A stretch of DNA of 62,541 nt. Source: Chiloscyllium plagiosum (taxonomy: Eukaryota). The translations under genes were made by a program, and so were the position numbers. The notes under the pieces were generated by a model. It was not told the origin of the DNA and did not search any database. It saw nothing but the letters and a program-made list of their open reading frames with translations. Shown in pieces: positions 1 through 12,793 of this stretch; position 1 is the first letter of the stretch, and each line of letters opens with the position of its first letter. Location: positions 18,718,487 through 18,781,027 of the forward strand of contig NC_057749.1 of NCBI RefSeq assembly GCF_004010195.1, read 5' to 3'.

Positions 1-954
1 TTGTATCAGTTGAAAAGATTTAGATGATTAGGTTTTGAGCAAGTGGAAGAGAGGCAGGAGCACAAAAGGGAAGGTGCATTGAGAATCGATGACACTTAAT
101 GGATTAAATGAAATGAGGCTTGATGCCGTGCACTTGATTATTGGTTTTAATGTCTGCATCGACTCTCTTCTGGTCACCACAGATCCACTGATTTTAAGCC
201 TTGAAAGTACACTTAATCTACATTGCTCTAATTTGCAATCATGTACTCACTTTAATATACTGATCCAGAGTTGTTTACAGGAGTGCATCAGCCTGCCAAT
301 AATACTAAACCAAAGTCTGGGGCAACTAACCAAAAGCTTGGTATGTAAGAGATCTCGGTAAGATCTTCAGGGAAGTCATTCCAGTGCTTGGTCTTAGACC
401 GCTGAAGTGAGAGGATTTTATTGTACCTGATTTTTTTTGTTGAAAATCCTGCATTTGATTTGCATCATGCACCAGAAGAATTAGTTTGCCTTGTTTGAAT
501 TTTGTCTTGTCTTTGAATACTGCAAGAATCAGAACTTAGGTGCCCTGTTTCCAAATGGCAAAGTTTGGACATGGGATGAAATTCAATATTTTGAAGCTTG
601 CAGCTAATACAGAATAAGTAGGGATATCTTAGAGATCACTTTCAAGAAAATTTGGGTGAGAATATGGTAGATGGAGTGTAATGTGAAAATGTAGGATATT
701 TCTGCATAGTAGCTTGGTTAAACATTTCAAATGCAATGCAGTTTTGGTCTCCCACTTTCCTAATACTTTCTCTTTGGAAAGAGTTTACATTCCCTGTAAG
801 CTGCATAGCTACTGGGTGGTACTCTGTATGACGTTTAGTTGGGTGTTCAGAAGAAGTAGTTTAGGCCATGTTTGGAAGGAGTGTGAAGATTCACTAGATT
901 GGTCCCCAGGTTGGCAGGACTGCCCTATAAAGAAATTGGGCTAAACTTGTCAGG

Positions 955-1545
955 CCCCTTTGGGTCATTGCTGACCATGGGTTGCATCCTCATTCTGGCT
1001 TTCTGCTTTCCTGAAGCAATGTTGCTTGTGTCTGAAGAGACCAATGATTGTCCTGGTTGAAGAAGTCACATCTTATGTGACCTTCGATCTGCTAGAACTG
1101 CTGCGCTCCTTCATGCCTGCTTCTCTGCTACAGTGATCATTAGCTTCTTTTCCCCTGGTTTGAGGTGTTGGTTCAGGGTGCTTCTCCATCTCGTGCAGTC
1201 AGCTGCAAGCTATTCTCAGGACATAACGATATCAAGCACCTACTTGTCCCTTCCACTGACATCCTTGTAGCACAGCTAGGGACATCCAGTGGGTCTCTTT
1301 CCAGATGCAAGCTCTCCATAGAGCATATCCTTTGGGACGAGGCTCTTGTCCATGCAGTGGATGTGGTCCAACCACTACAGTGTCTGCTGCCTGAGCAGAG
1401 GACCATTGCAAAGCCTGTATTCTTTGGATTTCTGAATGTGATCTCATCGAAACCTAACAAATACTTGGTTGTAGATGCAGGTAAGATATTTACACATAGG
1501 AAGAAATACAGACCATTAGTCTGCTCTGTCATTAATGACTGGCTA
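955..1545 (-). mobile_element. Degenerate RTE-clade LINE, 3' end
   Basis: Minus strand reads (with stops) ..WLDHIHCMDKSLVPKDMLYGELASGKRPTGCP*LCYKDV.., typical of the RTE ORF2 C-terminus. Confidence 0.6.
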
Positions 1546-2334
1546 AGCTGAACTCTAATTTCCCCTTTCCTGAACCCGGATTACCTTGGGTTAAAAATCT
1601 GTTTCAGCCTTAAATACTTAATGACCCAGCCTTAGTTTCTCCTGATTGGAGAGTCAAGACCTAGGGAAATAATTTGTACAGGGGAACTTTCTTAATGATC
1701 TGCAGGATTTTATAATTTTCTCACCCAATGGCTTCTAGAAACTGAGTTTGAATATGCTTAGTGTTAGATTTGGTTACTAATAGTGTAAAGTTTTGTGGTT
1801 TAAAGGCATTGAAGTATTTTTTCAGTCATAATGGAAAATTTTATACAAAAGCACTTATCTGAACAGAAGTTTCCCTTGTGACTTTTCTAGGACATTGCTT
1901 CCATGTGAATTGAAGATTGATCTAAACTGGTAGGACTGCAAATTAGATGTACTGTTTTTAATTTAGCAAATCTGAGTTTAGTAGGAGTACTTTTTTTTTT
2001 CTTTACCTAATCCAGGATTGGTGACTGTTCACATTCCATGATATTCTATCTAGAAAAATCCTGAGTAAGGAGTGAAGTCTGTTTCCTATAGTCAATAGGA
2101 ACCAGTCTCTTCTGGTCTTCCTCGCTAGTTCAACATTCTCTAGTTGCCACTGACCTTGGAGATGCTTACTTGAGTAGTGTCCTTACTTAATTTTATTTGC
2201 AACATACTGGTGCCTTGGTTAAGAACCAAATGAGTCTGGGCCTTTGTAAAAATCACTAACCGGATTCTTGTTTTAAGCTTTAGTGTAGCTTCTTGTGTAG
2301 GAGACACCCATGCAATTGCCTTTTGTTTTAACAG

Positions 2335-2415
2335 CCGTTGCTGCCAGAGCACCAAGGAAGGCACTTGGATGTGCAAGTACAGCCAATGTTTCCCTAACAT
2401 CTCCTGGGAAAAAGG
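2335..2415 (+). CDS. PCLAF: PCLAF coding exon 2 (81 nt)
   Basis: ttttaacag|CCGTTGCTGCCAGAGCACCAAGGAAG...AAAAAGG|gtatg; encodes VAARAPRK as in vertebrate PAF15. Confidence 0.93.
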
Positions 2416-3843
2416 GTATGTATTGAACAGTTCTTGAACAACCAGTAGCCTACAATCTCTGCAAAATAACCAGTATTAGCAGTGATTCAGACTTGTCAAA
2501 GATTTTTCACATTCATTTCAATTGTTAAACTTGAGGGTTTTTAAAGCTTGTATCTAATTGCTTTTGGATTTTCAGTTTTCACTTGTGCAATAAAACTTAA
2601 TATTTGGATGACCAACATGGGGCAGGGAGAGAATGAAAGGGCCTTTAAAGAGAAAAGGTGTCCTGATAAGGCTCTCAAGAAACAGGAGTCCATCTTTAGA
2701 TGGGAACCTCCAAATTTTAGGTGGGAATGTAGACTTCTGTCTACTCAATCTCCAACTTTAAAGATGAAATGTCTGTCTCCCTCTTATTCTGATATTAAAC
2801 AATTAAGGATATGGTGTGCCAGCAAGACTGAGGTGAGTTAGCTTGCAGGGTCAACAACTCTGAAGGCTATAATTGAATTATTCATCAGGAGGGTTAGTGA
2901 ATTTCATCCATCTATTTATTTCAAACTTGGAAAGTTTTCACAACCTGGTCTAATTTTTTTTACTGTAAGATGAAGGCTTGCTGCAAGCTCTGATTAATGG
3001 GCATGTTTTTATGCTTAACAGAAAACAAATATGCTGGTGGGAACCCAGTATGTCCAAGACCAACCCCAAAGTGGCAGAAAGGGATTGGAGAATTCTTCGG
3101 TCCTTTCAAACAGCCTGGAAAGGAGAATACAGAGCCATCAGATATCAGCAGTAGCAGCAAGGCTGGAACAAGTAAAGCTCCAAGAAGGTAAATTTTACCA
3201 CTCACTCATCCAAAGGCACTCTATGGCTTGATGTGGGTCTTAGCTAGACTGTCCTCTGGTCTTCCACTCCCCACCTCTTCCTCCGCTACATTGATGACTG
3301 CATTGGCGCCACCTCGTGCTCCCGCGAGGAGGTTGAGCAATTCACCCAGCTCAGTTGGGCATATTACTCCTTTACAGGGGAAGCATGTTGATAGATCTTT
3401 TCCTGAATACTGAAAAGATCTTTCAGACTTGGGAGTATGATTATTAATGGTCAACTGTGTGACCATAACATCAGACTTTTACATCCAAGATACTGTAGTT
3501 TCCTTCAAATATCAGATTTCACCTACAGCAAAGGGCACTGTCTCCATTATTTTTCCTTGAGATAACATCTTTCTGGCTTGAAGCTTTTTACAACTTGTTG
3601 CTGTAATGCAGTTATGGAAGAATTGCCTTAAGGGCTGTAGCAATCTAACAACTGAATTAAATGATCTTGGGATGAGTGCTTCCAAGCCAACACTGTCCAT
3701 CTAAGATTTAATATTTTCAAGAAAGTACAAAACTGCATTTTGGGCACATTTTCTTGGAAATAACTTATGATGTATTTGCTCTGCCTAGGGCACGTGTTCT
3801 ACCTGAGGACTCTGAGGAAGCAGCTTCAGATGAAGAGAACTGA
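2335..3843 (+). CDS. PCLAF: PCNA-associated factor (PAF15/KIAA0101), coding exons 2-4; exon 1 not found in the window (presumably upstream)
   Basis: Exons 2335-2415, 3022-3187 and 3789-3843 have AG/GT boundaries and consistent phases. They splice to (A)VAARAPRKALGCASTANVSLTSPGKKENKYAGGNPVCPRPTPKWQKGIGEFFGPFKQPGKENTEPSDISSSSKAGTSKAPRRARVLPEDSEEAASDEEN*. The PIP box QKGIGEFF and KEN box are present. Confidence 0.96.
3022..3187 (+). CDS. PCLAF: PCLAF coding exon 3 (PIP box, KEN box)
   Basis: ttaacag|AAAAC...CCAAGAAG|gtaaat; ENKYAGGNPVCPRPTPKWQKGIGEFF. Confidence 0.96.
3264..3345 (+). mobile_element. Isolated internal fragment of a Penelope-like RT (RYIDDCIG)
   Basis: cacctcttcctccgctacattgatgactgcattggcgccacctcgtgctcccgcgaggagg is near-identical to 15040-15115. 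Confidence 0.8.
3789..3843 (+). CDS. PCLAF: PCLAF last coding exon
   Basis: ctgcctag|GGCACGT...GAGAACTGA; the phase-2 join gives an acidic tail RARVLPEDSEEAASDEEN*. Confidence 0.85.
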
Positions 3844-4189
3844 ATACCACTTGCCCACACCACGTCTAATACTTGAATTGATCTTCCTTGACGTGTATAT
3901 TTGTATATATGTCTATTGCTATGTAGTATGGATTTCTTAGTTGTCTTGTACAGAGTTAAAATACCATTAAAAGCCATAACTATGGAATCAATTTAAAAGC
4001 TGCCAGTTGAATATTTTGGTCCAGGGCCAGTGGTCCCTGAGCAAAATGAAACTATCTACATAATTATTTGTTTTATTAATCTTTTTGACCTATACTTGTG
4101 TTGATGGGTGGGGTTAGAAATGAAATTTCATGAACCAAGGCCTATAACCTATCTTGTGAATTTGCTGTATCTTTACAATTATCTTTTAT

Positions 4190-4195
4190 AATAAA
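4190..4195 (+). promoter_or_regulatory. Candidate PCLAF polyadenylation signal
   Basis: AATAAA about 350 nt after the stop codon in an AT-rich 3'UTR. Confidence 0.55.
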
Positions 4196-5560
4196 TTTTT
4201 AAGCTGTGCCAAACTAAATATTGAGCAAGTCTCACTCTGGATCAAATGTTGAAACTTTCTAATGACTATTCCTGGCTTTGTTCTTCATGTATTCATTTCC
4301 TGACTTCAATGCTTCAAAATTCCAACAGTGAAGGGATAGCAATACATTGCCAATCTTGAGTGGCTTGGAGGGGAATGTGCAGGTATTCATGTATTTGCTG
4401 TCATTCTAGATGGTGGTCAATTTGCAAGGTGCTGTGTAAGGAGTGTTGGTGGCCTCCAGTGTCTTGTAGCTGTGGTACACCACTACTCTACAGGAGCAGT
4501 GAAATTTTCATGTTTAAATTTTAAATGGTTGCTTTCTCCTGAACGGTTGAGCTGCTGGATTATTGTTGGAACTACTGCCATCCAGGAAGTAGGGAGTATT
4601 TCATCAACTGCCTGACCTCCACCATGTGGGTGGTGGACAGACTGTAGGACATCAGGTGATGTAACTTGAATGATTCCCAGCCTCTGACCTGCTCTTGTAG
4701 CCAGTGTTTAAATGGCTGCCTCATGGCCTTCTCCAGAATGTTGGCTGTGGAGGGTACAGTGGCCAGGTGAATGGGTGATGGTTAAATTCTCATTGGTCAC
4801 TGCTAGGCACTTGACAAATATTTGCCACTTTGCCAAAGTAAATAGTCCATTGTGGTATCTGGGCATAAACTGATTAAGGATGAATAGTGATCAATGAACA
4901 CCATCTTTTGTGTGGAGAGAAGGTCAGTTGAAACAAATCAAAATATTTGGACTTGAGACATTTATCTACACAGACTCCTGCCGTGATGTCTTGTGGTTGA
5001 AGGTCTGTCATCTCTGCTTCAAGTTTTCCTTTTTGTGGTATTGGAATGTATCTGGCCAGCAGGTTATTTTCCTATTAATTTGCTATGCTGATGCTCCTTG
5101 ATTCTAGTCTCATCATATTGTACCTTTTTTGAGTCCAGACAGAGTTGGAGAAAGTGAGGGCTGGAGATTAGTCAAGACTCTGCTGCTGGAAAAGAACAGG
5201 TCAGGCAGTATCTGAGGACCAGGAGAATTGACATTTTGGGTCTAATGTTTAAGGTGCTGCCTAATCACCTGTGCTTTTTCAGCACCACATGCCACTCAGG
5301 AGCTGAGTGGCCATGGTAGAACCCAGTTTCAGTGAGCAGATCATTGCCAAGTAAATGTTGTTTAATTGTACTAATCCACTTCCTTTTCTGATTGAAAGTT
5401 GACTGGCAGTATTTGACAAGGTTGGATTTCTCTATGTATAAGACATACCTGAACAAACTCATTGCTGCTACTGAGTCTTGAGAATGCTACTACTAAGGTA
5501 GTCTTGCCCTCTATTGTGTTCCGCATGATGCACTGACTTGTCAGGGGCCACTATGTAGTA

Positions 5561-5758
5561 GGTGGTGTGGACTGCAGATGCTGGAGATCAGAGCTGAAAA
5601 TGTGTTGCTGGAAAAGCGCAGCAGGTCAGGCAGCATCCAAGGAGCAGGAGAATCGACGTTTTGGGCATTCCTGAAGAAGAGCTCATGCCTGAAACATCGA
5701 TTCTCCTGCTCCTTGGATGCTGCCTGACCTGCTGCGCTTTTCCAGCAACACATTTTCA
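5561..5758. mobile_element. Fold-back Penelope-like terminal element (family A) with a degenerate hammerhead
   Basis: Inverted arms ~5596-5667 and ~5686-5758; TSD ccactat(g/a)tagta at 5548-5560 and 5759-5771; CTGAAGA...GAAAC at 5671-5695. Confidence 0.8.
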
Positions 5759-6721
5759 CCACTATATAGTAATTTGGTTTTCTTTGCCTGATCAGACTTA
5801 ATGGGATCTTGAATAAATCTTGATGACTTGGCAATTCCTATCAGATTTTCTACCTTGCAGGGAGTGGCAGAGGCGATTTGGGAGGTACAAAAGTGAGGGG
5901 CATAAGACAAACTTACTCCCATTTAGTTGAGGAATCAACTACGTGGGGTAGGTTCAAGGCAATGGATAGGAGGTTTGGATGAGGAAGGCACTGGATGGAA
6001 TCTGGAACTCTGCTTGTGTTGAGAAACCCTCAAACATAAAAGGATTTAGATGTGTACTTGCACTGCCAAAGCATACAAGGCTAAAGTTAAGAGTTGGAGA
6101 TTAGGATTAGAGCTTTTTTGACTAGTGCTGATACAATGGGCTGAAGAACCTTTTGTTATAAACATCAAACTATATCACTGTATTAGTACCTCTGGGTGTA
6201 CCCAGCTAGTGGTACAGGACCTATCCAGTGTTGTTCTGTAGCAACATCTATGCTTGACTGACTTTGAAAATCTTCCTCATCTTGAAACTGCTCCTGATAG
6301 GATATTTCAGGTGCAACAAGGCTGTTACTGTTAGCTCTGATTTCATTCCTTTGGGGCTTTTGATACAACAGATTACCCAAGGACTATCAGAGGATGGTTA
6401 AGATTAAACCACAATGGGTCTAAACCGGCTGACTTCCTCCCTAAAGTACAATGGTGAATTTGTTTTTATGGTCACTTGATTAATTCCAGAATGTCTAAAC
6501 TCAAATAACATAGGGTCAAATGCCAAGATTGTAGATTATGTTCCCCAGAGCATTATGTAAATTGTGGGATTATTAGTCCAATAACAATACCAGTCACCTG
6601 CAGTGACCTATACAGGAATAAGTTTTGCTGTTATTCCCAACTTTAGTTTACAGATTTAATCAACTTTCAAATTCTCCATTAAACTTTGCCCTGTCAATAA
6701 CAGATTAAACTTAATGGTGAA

Positions 6722-7016
6722 ATTAGATTCCCTACACTGTGGAAACAAGCCCTTCAGCTCAACATGTCCACACTGACCCTCTGAAGAGTAACCACCCAGA
6801 CCCATTTGTTTCTGACTAACATACCAAACACTATATAAGCAATTTAGCAGTGTCAATTCACCAGACCTGTACATCTTTGGACTGTGGAAGGAAACCCACG
6901 CATACAATGTGCAAACTCCACAGACAGTTGCCTGCGGTTAGAGTCAAACCTGGCTCCTTGGTGCTGTGAAGTAGTGGTGCTGTGAAGTAGTAGTGCTAAC
7001 CACTGAGCCACCGTGC
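6722..7016 (-). mobile_element. HE1-like V-SINE
   Basis: Reverse complement of the tRNA-like head (cacggtggctcagtggttagcac) and V-domain tgtggagtttgcac. Confidence 0.8.
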
Positions 7017-7899
7017 TTGATTGGCTAATTTGGTTAGAAGTCATGTAGAATGTCCTCAGGCTCCCACTGAGGTCCTCGCTCTCATGGGCAACAGCTTTCT
7101 ACCAATTTACTGCAAATTATTCATTGAAATGAGCATGGTAGCAAATTGTCTTTATCAAGCAAGTATTTTGGAGTTTGAAACCAAGTGGTATACACATGGG
7201 AAGTTCTCTGTTGGCTGGTGTCAAAACGAGCAAAGAGGAATGCATTTTTTGGAAAATCAGACCCGGCATATCACCACAAGAGTTCCTTAAGAGAGTATCC
7301 AAAAGTTGAACATCTTCAGCTGCTTCATCAATGACCTTCACTTCATAAAATCACAGGTGCACAATGTTCATCTCAATTCAAGTTTTGTCAAAGCATCTCC
7401 CAATCCTACTTTTGAAGGGCAAAAAGATCAGATATGGAAACACCATTAACTCCATGTTTGACTATATCAGCCTGACTTGAACATATATCACTGTCATTAG
7501 GTCAAAATCCTACATTCCCTCTGTAACAGCACTGTTGGAGTACTTTCACCATCTCACCTGCTGTGGTTCAAGAATGATAAGCAAGAGGCTGGAAGAACAT
7601 AGCAAGCCAGGTAGCATCTGGAGGTGGAGAAGTAGACATATCAGGTGTGAGCTGAAAACGTGTTGCTGGAAAAGCGCAGCAGGTCAGGCAGCATCCAGGG
7701 AACAGGAGAATCGACATTTCGGGCATAAGCCCTTCTTCAGGAATCAGGTTCAAGAAGAGCAATTATGGATGGACAATAAATTGCTGTTCTAGCCGATGAC
7801 ATCCACAACATTAGAATTACCAAAAAATATATTTTTCCAGTACATTAATTCATGTACTCAAATTGAGCTGTAAAAATCCAAAGGTGGTATTCCCAAAGG

Positions 7900-8860
7900 A
7901 GAAAGTGAGGACTGGAGATCAGAGTTGAAGAGTGTAGTGCTGGAAGAGCACAGCAGGTCAGGCAGCATCCGTAGAGCAGGAGAATCAATGTTTCAGGCTT
8001 AAGCCCTTCATCAGGAATGAGGCTTGTGGGCAAGGGCTGAGAGATAAATGGTGTTGGGGGAAGTATCTGGGAAAGCAATAGATGGAGGTGGTGGTGAAAG
8101 TGATAGTTTGAAGAGGAGGGTGGACAGGTAGGACTGTTCAAGAAGGCGGTGCTGAGTTGGAAGATTGAGACCAGGATAAGGTAGGGGAAGGGAAACGGGG
8201 AGTCTGGTGAAATCCACATTGATCTTGTGTGTTTGAAGGTTCCCATGGCAGGAGAGGAGGTGCTCTTCCTCCAGGTGTTGGGTGTTTACGGTTTGGCAAT
8301 GGAGGAGGCGCGGGACCTGCATCTCCATGGTGAAGTGGGAAGGGGAGTTAAAGTGTTCAGCCACAGGACAGTGAGGTTGGTTGGTGTGGGTGTCCCAGAG
8401 ACGTTCTCTGAAATGAACAGCAAGTTGGCATCCTGTCTCCCCAATGTAGGGGAGACTACATTGGGTGCAATGGATGCAGTAAACGTGTGTGGACAAATTT
8501 CTTATGGATGTGGAAGGATCCTTTGGGGCCTTGGACAGTGGTGATGGGGCAGGTGTGGGCGCAGCTTTTGTACTTCTTACGATGGCAGGGGAAGGTGTCA
8601 GGAAGGGAGGGTGGGGGCGTGGACCTAACAAGGGAGTCGCGGAGGGAATGGTCTCTCTGAAACACAGATAGGGGTAGAGAGGCAAGTATATCTCTGGTGG
8701 TGGGGTCTATTTTAGGTGGTGGAAGTGGCGGTGGATGATGCGGTATATCCGGAAGTTGGTGGGGTGGAAGGTGAGGACCAGGATTGTTCTATCCCTGTTG
8801 CAATTGGAGAGGTGGGGTTCAAGAGCATTGGTGCAGTAAGTGGAGGAGATGCATCCCAAA
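7900..8860 (-). mobile_element. Penelope-like element fragment (GIY-YIG endonuclease plus terminal repeat)
   Basis: Minus ORF 8011-8685 contains VYCIHCTQCSLPYIGETG and PVAEHFNSPSH; hammerhead-like motif at 7986-8014. Confidence 0.88.
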
Positions 8861-9207
8861 GACCTTGTAAGTAAAGGCACCAAGATGTTTGGAACAAATG
8901 GTTAAAAATTCAATTACTTAATCCTGAGTATCTGATCACAGGGAGAATAAAAGTTGTGTAATACAGTTAACTTCAACAGGATTAGAATTTTAAGTTTTAG
9001 TTGATACCCAGTGAAAGCAGTATTGAAATGTGGGCAGAAGTTGAGAACTGAGCAGTGTTGTGTCTGCCAACACATAATTGCAAACTTGCTGCTTAGACCT
9101 GTCTGATTGGTTGTGGGATCACTTGGCTGTCTCTCACGTTCTGCTTTTGCTATTTGGCATACAGGTAGTCCTATGTTGCAGCTTCACCAGGTTGATGAGT
9201 TTTTAGT

Positions 9208-9678
9208 TGTGAAGATGGACTCCCAGGGGAATGACTCTCGGTTCCGTGATTAGTCAATAAGCACTCACAATCATTCTGGTTCTTTAAGACATCACTCTTT
9301 ATTTCTTCTTACGGCAAGGTACAGGACATCCGGGAACACAGAAGTTGAGCACTTCCATTTTCCTCAAAGGAGCTGCACACAACAGCTTAATACAAAGACA
9401 CTTTTTACTTTTCTTAAAGCAAGGGAGAGGGTGTGATCGCATAGTACATTCAAACAATTACCAGTTAATACATGATATTGCTTCATTGACAGTTAGTTGG
9501 TCCAATGATATTTCCTGGGAACCAATTTATGATCCAACGCTTAGGTCACTTCTATCTCATGAACCGAGCCACTGCACCTGCACCCAAAAGCCAGCCAGGA
9601 CGGCTAGTACTGTCTTATCTAGTCAAGTTATTTATATGCTTTAAAGGGCACATTGTCTGCTAATCTCTATTGAAGCAA
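9208..9678 (-). mobile_element. Possible LTR remnant
   Basis: Begins TGTGAAGA (minus-strand ...CA end); minus-strand AATAAA at 9298-9303; abuts other repeats; the second end is not visible. Confidence 0.35.
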
Positions 9679-10390
9679 AGTTAAAAATCATACAACACCA
9701 GGTTATAGTCCAACAGGTTTAATTGGAAGCACTAGCTTTTGGAGCGCTGCTCCTTCATCAGGTGGTTGTGGAGTACACAACTGTAAGACACAATTTATAG
9801 CAAAAGTTTACAATGTGATGTAACTGAAATTATACATTGAAAAATACCTTGATTGTTTGTAAAGTCTCTCATCTGTTAGAGTGACCATGTTAGTTTCACT
9901 TCTTTAATATGTAAATCACAAATCTTTTTTTAAAAGTTACATTCTCAGATTAACTTTAATAATTGGTGTCAGCCCAGATAATGTGTTGCCCCCTGTGTGC
10001 TGTTGTCTGTGCCATAATGTTTAGACTGATTCTAATCTAAAAAAATGAGTCTGACATGGATTCATGCAGTTTTTGAGCAAAATACAATGTAACTCTGCAA
10101 GTACAAATTCACCCCACAAACATATGTGTATGTGTGCACGTGAGTTTGTGTGTGTGTCTGGGGTGGGGGGTTGTGACTGCCTGTGAGAGAGAATGTATAT
10201 TGTTTGTGTGATTGTAAAGGGGTCTAAGTCTGTGAGTGAGTGCATGTGGGAGAGTGTGTATGTCTGTAGCAGTGTGTGTGTGTCTGGGATGGGGGATTGT
10301 GACTGTCTGTGAGAGAGAGTGTACATATGTGTGCGCGTGTACATGGGGTCTAAGTCTGTGAGAGGGTGCATGTGGGAGTGTGTGTGGAAA
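9679..10390 (-). mobile_element. Penelope-like element 3' region (family B) with internal GT-rich duplicated unit
   Basis: Terminus gttaaaaatcatacaacaccaggttatagtccaacagg is shared with 20030 and 53936; hammerhead motif at 9733-9761 has GAAA mutated to AAAA; (GT)-rich ~125-bp unit repeated within 10140-10385. Confidence 0.75.
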
Positions 10391-10394
10391 GAGT

Positions 10395-10875
10395 GCAAAA
10401 AGGATTTGCAAGAATGTCCTCAAAACTGGAAGGCTTGTGTTATAAGGAGAGGCTGGACAGGCTGGGATTGTTTTCCCTGGAGCGTAGGAAGTTCAGGGGG
10501 TGACCTTCTAGAGGTTGATAAAATCATGAGAGACGTACATAAAGGGACTAGCCAAGATCATTTCCCCAGGGAGGGGGAATCCAAAAACTAAAAAAGATAG
10601 CTTTATGGTGAGAGGAGAAAGATTTAAAAGGGACCTGAGGAGCAACATGTTCACACAGAGGTTGGTACTTATATGGAAGAAGCTGCCAGAGGAAGTGGTA
10701 GAGATGGGTACAATTACAACATTTAAAAGACATTTGAACAGGTAATGGTTAGGAAAGGTTTCGAGGGATATGGGCCAAATACAGGTAAATGGATTAATTC
10801 AGTTTAGAAATCTTAGTCGACACGATGAGTTGGGCCACATGGCTTGTTTCCATGCTGTATGACTCTATGATTCTA
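10395..10875 (+). mobile_element. CR1/HER1 LINE 3' end
   Basis: GLFSLERR..GDL.EV.KIM-like coding remnant and (ctctatga)n tail. Confidence 0.8.
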
Positions 10876-12195
10876 AGTATGGAATGGTGAGTTCATCGTG
10901 AGGGGTTGGGTTTGACAGTGGCAGAAGGGCATCACAGCAATATCAATGAGTTAAGCCATAGTGAGAGACTCTGACTTTGGTGTATTTGGTGAGCAGTGGC
11001 AGGGTGAATCAGCCCAGATGCGAAAGACAGTGCCTGAGGCTCAGTGACATTACTTGGGATTGGCATAGATGGCAGAGAGGTGGTGGTGGCTCTGAGCTTG
11101 CTGAGAACTCAAACGTAGATGGATTTTTCTTTAAGCTATAGCTTTTTCATTTGTCTCTTATTCTTAAAACTATCAAAATGGTACCAAATTGTGGTCATGA
11201 ATGAAAGTTTTTCACTGTATTTTGTTGTATTTCTCACTGTAAAATACACATGACAATAAAAATCATTCATTCAATAAAACTCATTCATTCAAGGGGCTTC
11301 AACATTGTGGATGCATTGATTGTAATCTTCCAAAATGTGCTAGATTCTTGGAAAGTTCCAATGAACTATAAAACTGTAGATGCAATACCTCTAATCAGCA
11401 AAGGAGAGAGTCAATAAAAAGTAAGCTATAAGCCAGTTTGCATACATATATCATTGGGAAAGTGCTGGAATCTAATTTTAAGGAGATAGTAGTATAAAAT
11501 CATACACAATCAGGCAGTAAACATGATTTGTGAAAGCAAAGTATTTTTTGGCAAATTTATTAGAGGTGTTTGTAGACAGAACATGCAGGGTGGATAAGGC
11601 CTGCAGTGTATTTGAATTTCCAAAAGGCATTCAGTGAAGTGCCAACATAGAAAATCTGAAAATCGCCTTTTTGTGACCATTTGTATTTACCCGCATGAAC
11701 AAAAAAAATTGACATCCATGTGGCATATTAATTTCCTTTTCTGTCCTGTCTTGTGGTTATTCCACAAGATTAGAGGTAATGATGTTGGAAGCAATATAGT
11801 GGCATAAGTAGATGGTAAATTGACTGACAGGAAACAGAGAACATTGAAAATGTGTTTGTTTTCATGAGTATCTAGTAGGGATGGCACAATGATTAGTGCA
11901 GTGGCCTCAATGATTTATAAAGACTTGGTTGAAGAAGTATAGTGTACTATATGTGATTTTACTGATGATACAAAGACATATTTGAAAGCAAGGTGTGAGA
12001 AGAACACAAGGGGTATATACAGGATAAGTGAGTGGACAACAAAATGGCAGATAGAGTATGATGTGTGAAAATGTGAAGCTGTCCATTTTTGTGGGAAGAA
12101 TAAAAAAGCAAAATATGTCTTATGCAGAGAGAGACTGCAGAATGCTGGGGTAAGAGACATCTTACAGCTGGGGTAAGGCGGGGTGGGGGGTGGGG

Positions 12196-12520
12196 AGGGA
12201 GCATGGTGGCTCAGTGGTTAGCGCCTCAGCACCAGGGAACCAGGTTCAATTCCTGCCTCGGGCAACTGTCTGTGTGGAGTTTGCACATCCTCCCCGTGTC
12301 TGTGTGGGTTTCTTCCGGGTGCTCCGGTTTCCTCCCACAGTCCAAAGATGTGCAGGTTAGGTGAATTGGCCATGCTAAACTGCCTGTAGTGTTAGGTGCA
12401 TTGGTTTGGGGTAAATGAAGGGGAATGGGTCTGGGTGGGTTGCTCTTCGGAGGGTCAGTGTGGACTTGTTGGGCCAAAGGGCCTGTTTCCACACTGTAGG
12501 GAATTTAATCTAATCTAATC
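12196..12520 (+). mobile_element. HE1-like V-SINE inserted in an older LINE
   Basis: tRNA-like head, V-domain and (aatct)n tail. Confidence 0.88.
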
Positions 12521-12765
12521 TGGATGTCCTTTTAAGTGAATTTCAAAAAGTAACTTTGCAGGCATTAGGAATTCAAATGGAATAGTCATTTTAATTACAA
12601 AAGAGGATGGGTATAAAAGTATAAAAGTAGTGTGCTTCCAATTAAACCTGTTGGACTATAACCTGGTGTTGTGTAAATTTTAACTTTGTACACCCCAGTC
12701 CAACACCGGCATCTCCAAATCATGACTACTATAGAGTCATGCAGCATCCGAGGACAGGCAAAATC

Positions 12766-12793
12766 GACGTTTCGGGCAAAAGCCCTTCATCAG
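12766..12793 (-). ncRNA. Minimal hammerhead ribozyme motif (Penelope-type)
   Basis: Minus strand CTGATGA-A-GGGC-TTTT-GCCC-GAAAC-GTC. Confidence 0.7.

Noticed and set aside
1..2334. Search for PCLAF exon 1 (MVRTK...)
   Set aside because: No matching sequence or CpG island seen; presumed upstream of the window.
12196..12265. tRNA-like sequence (also at 43361 and 26050)
   Set aside because: SINE heads with A/B boxes, not tRNA genes.
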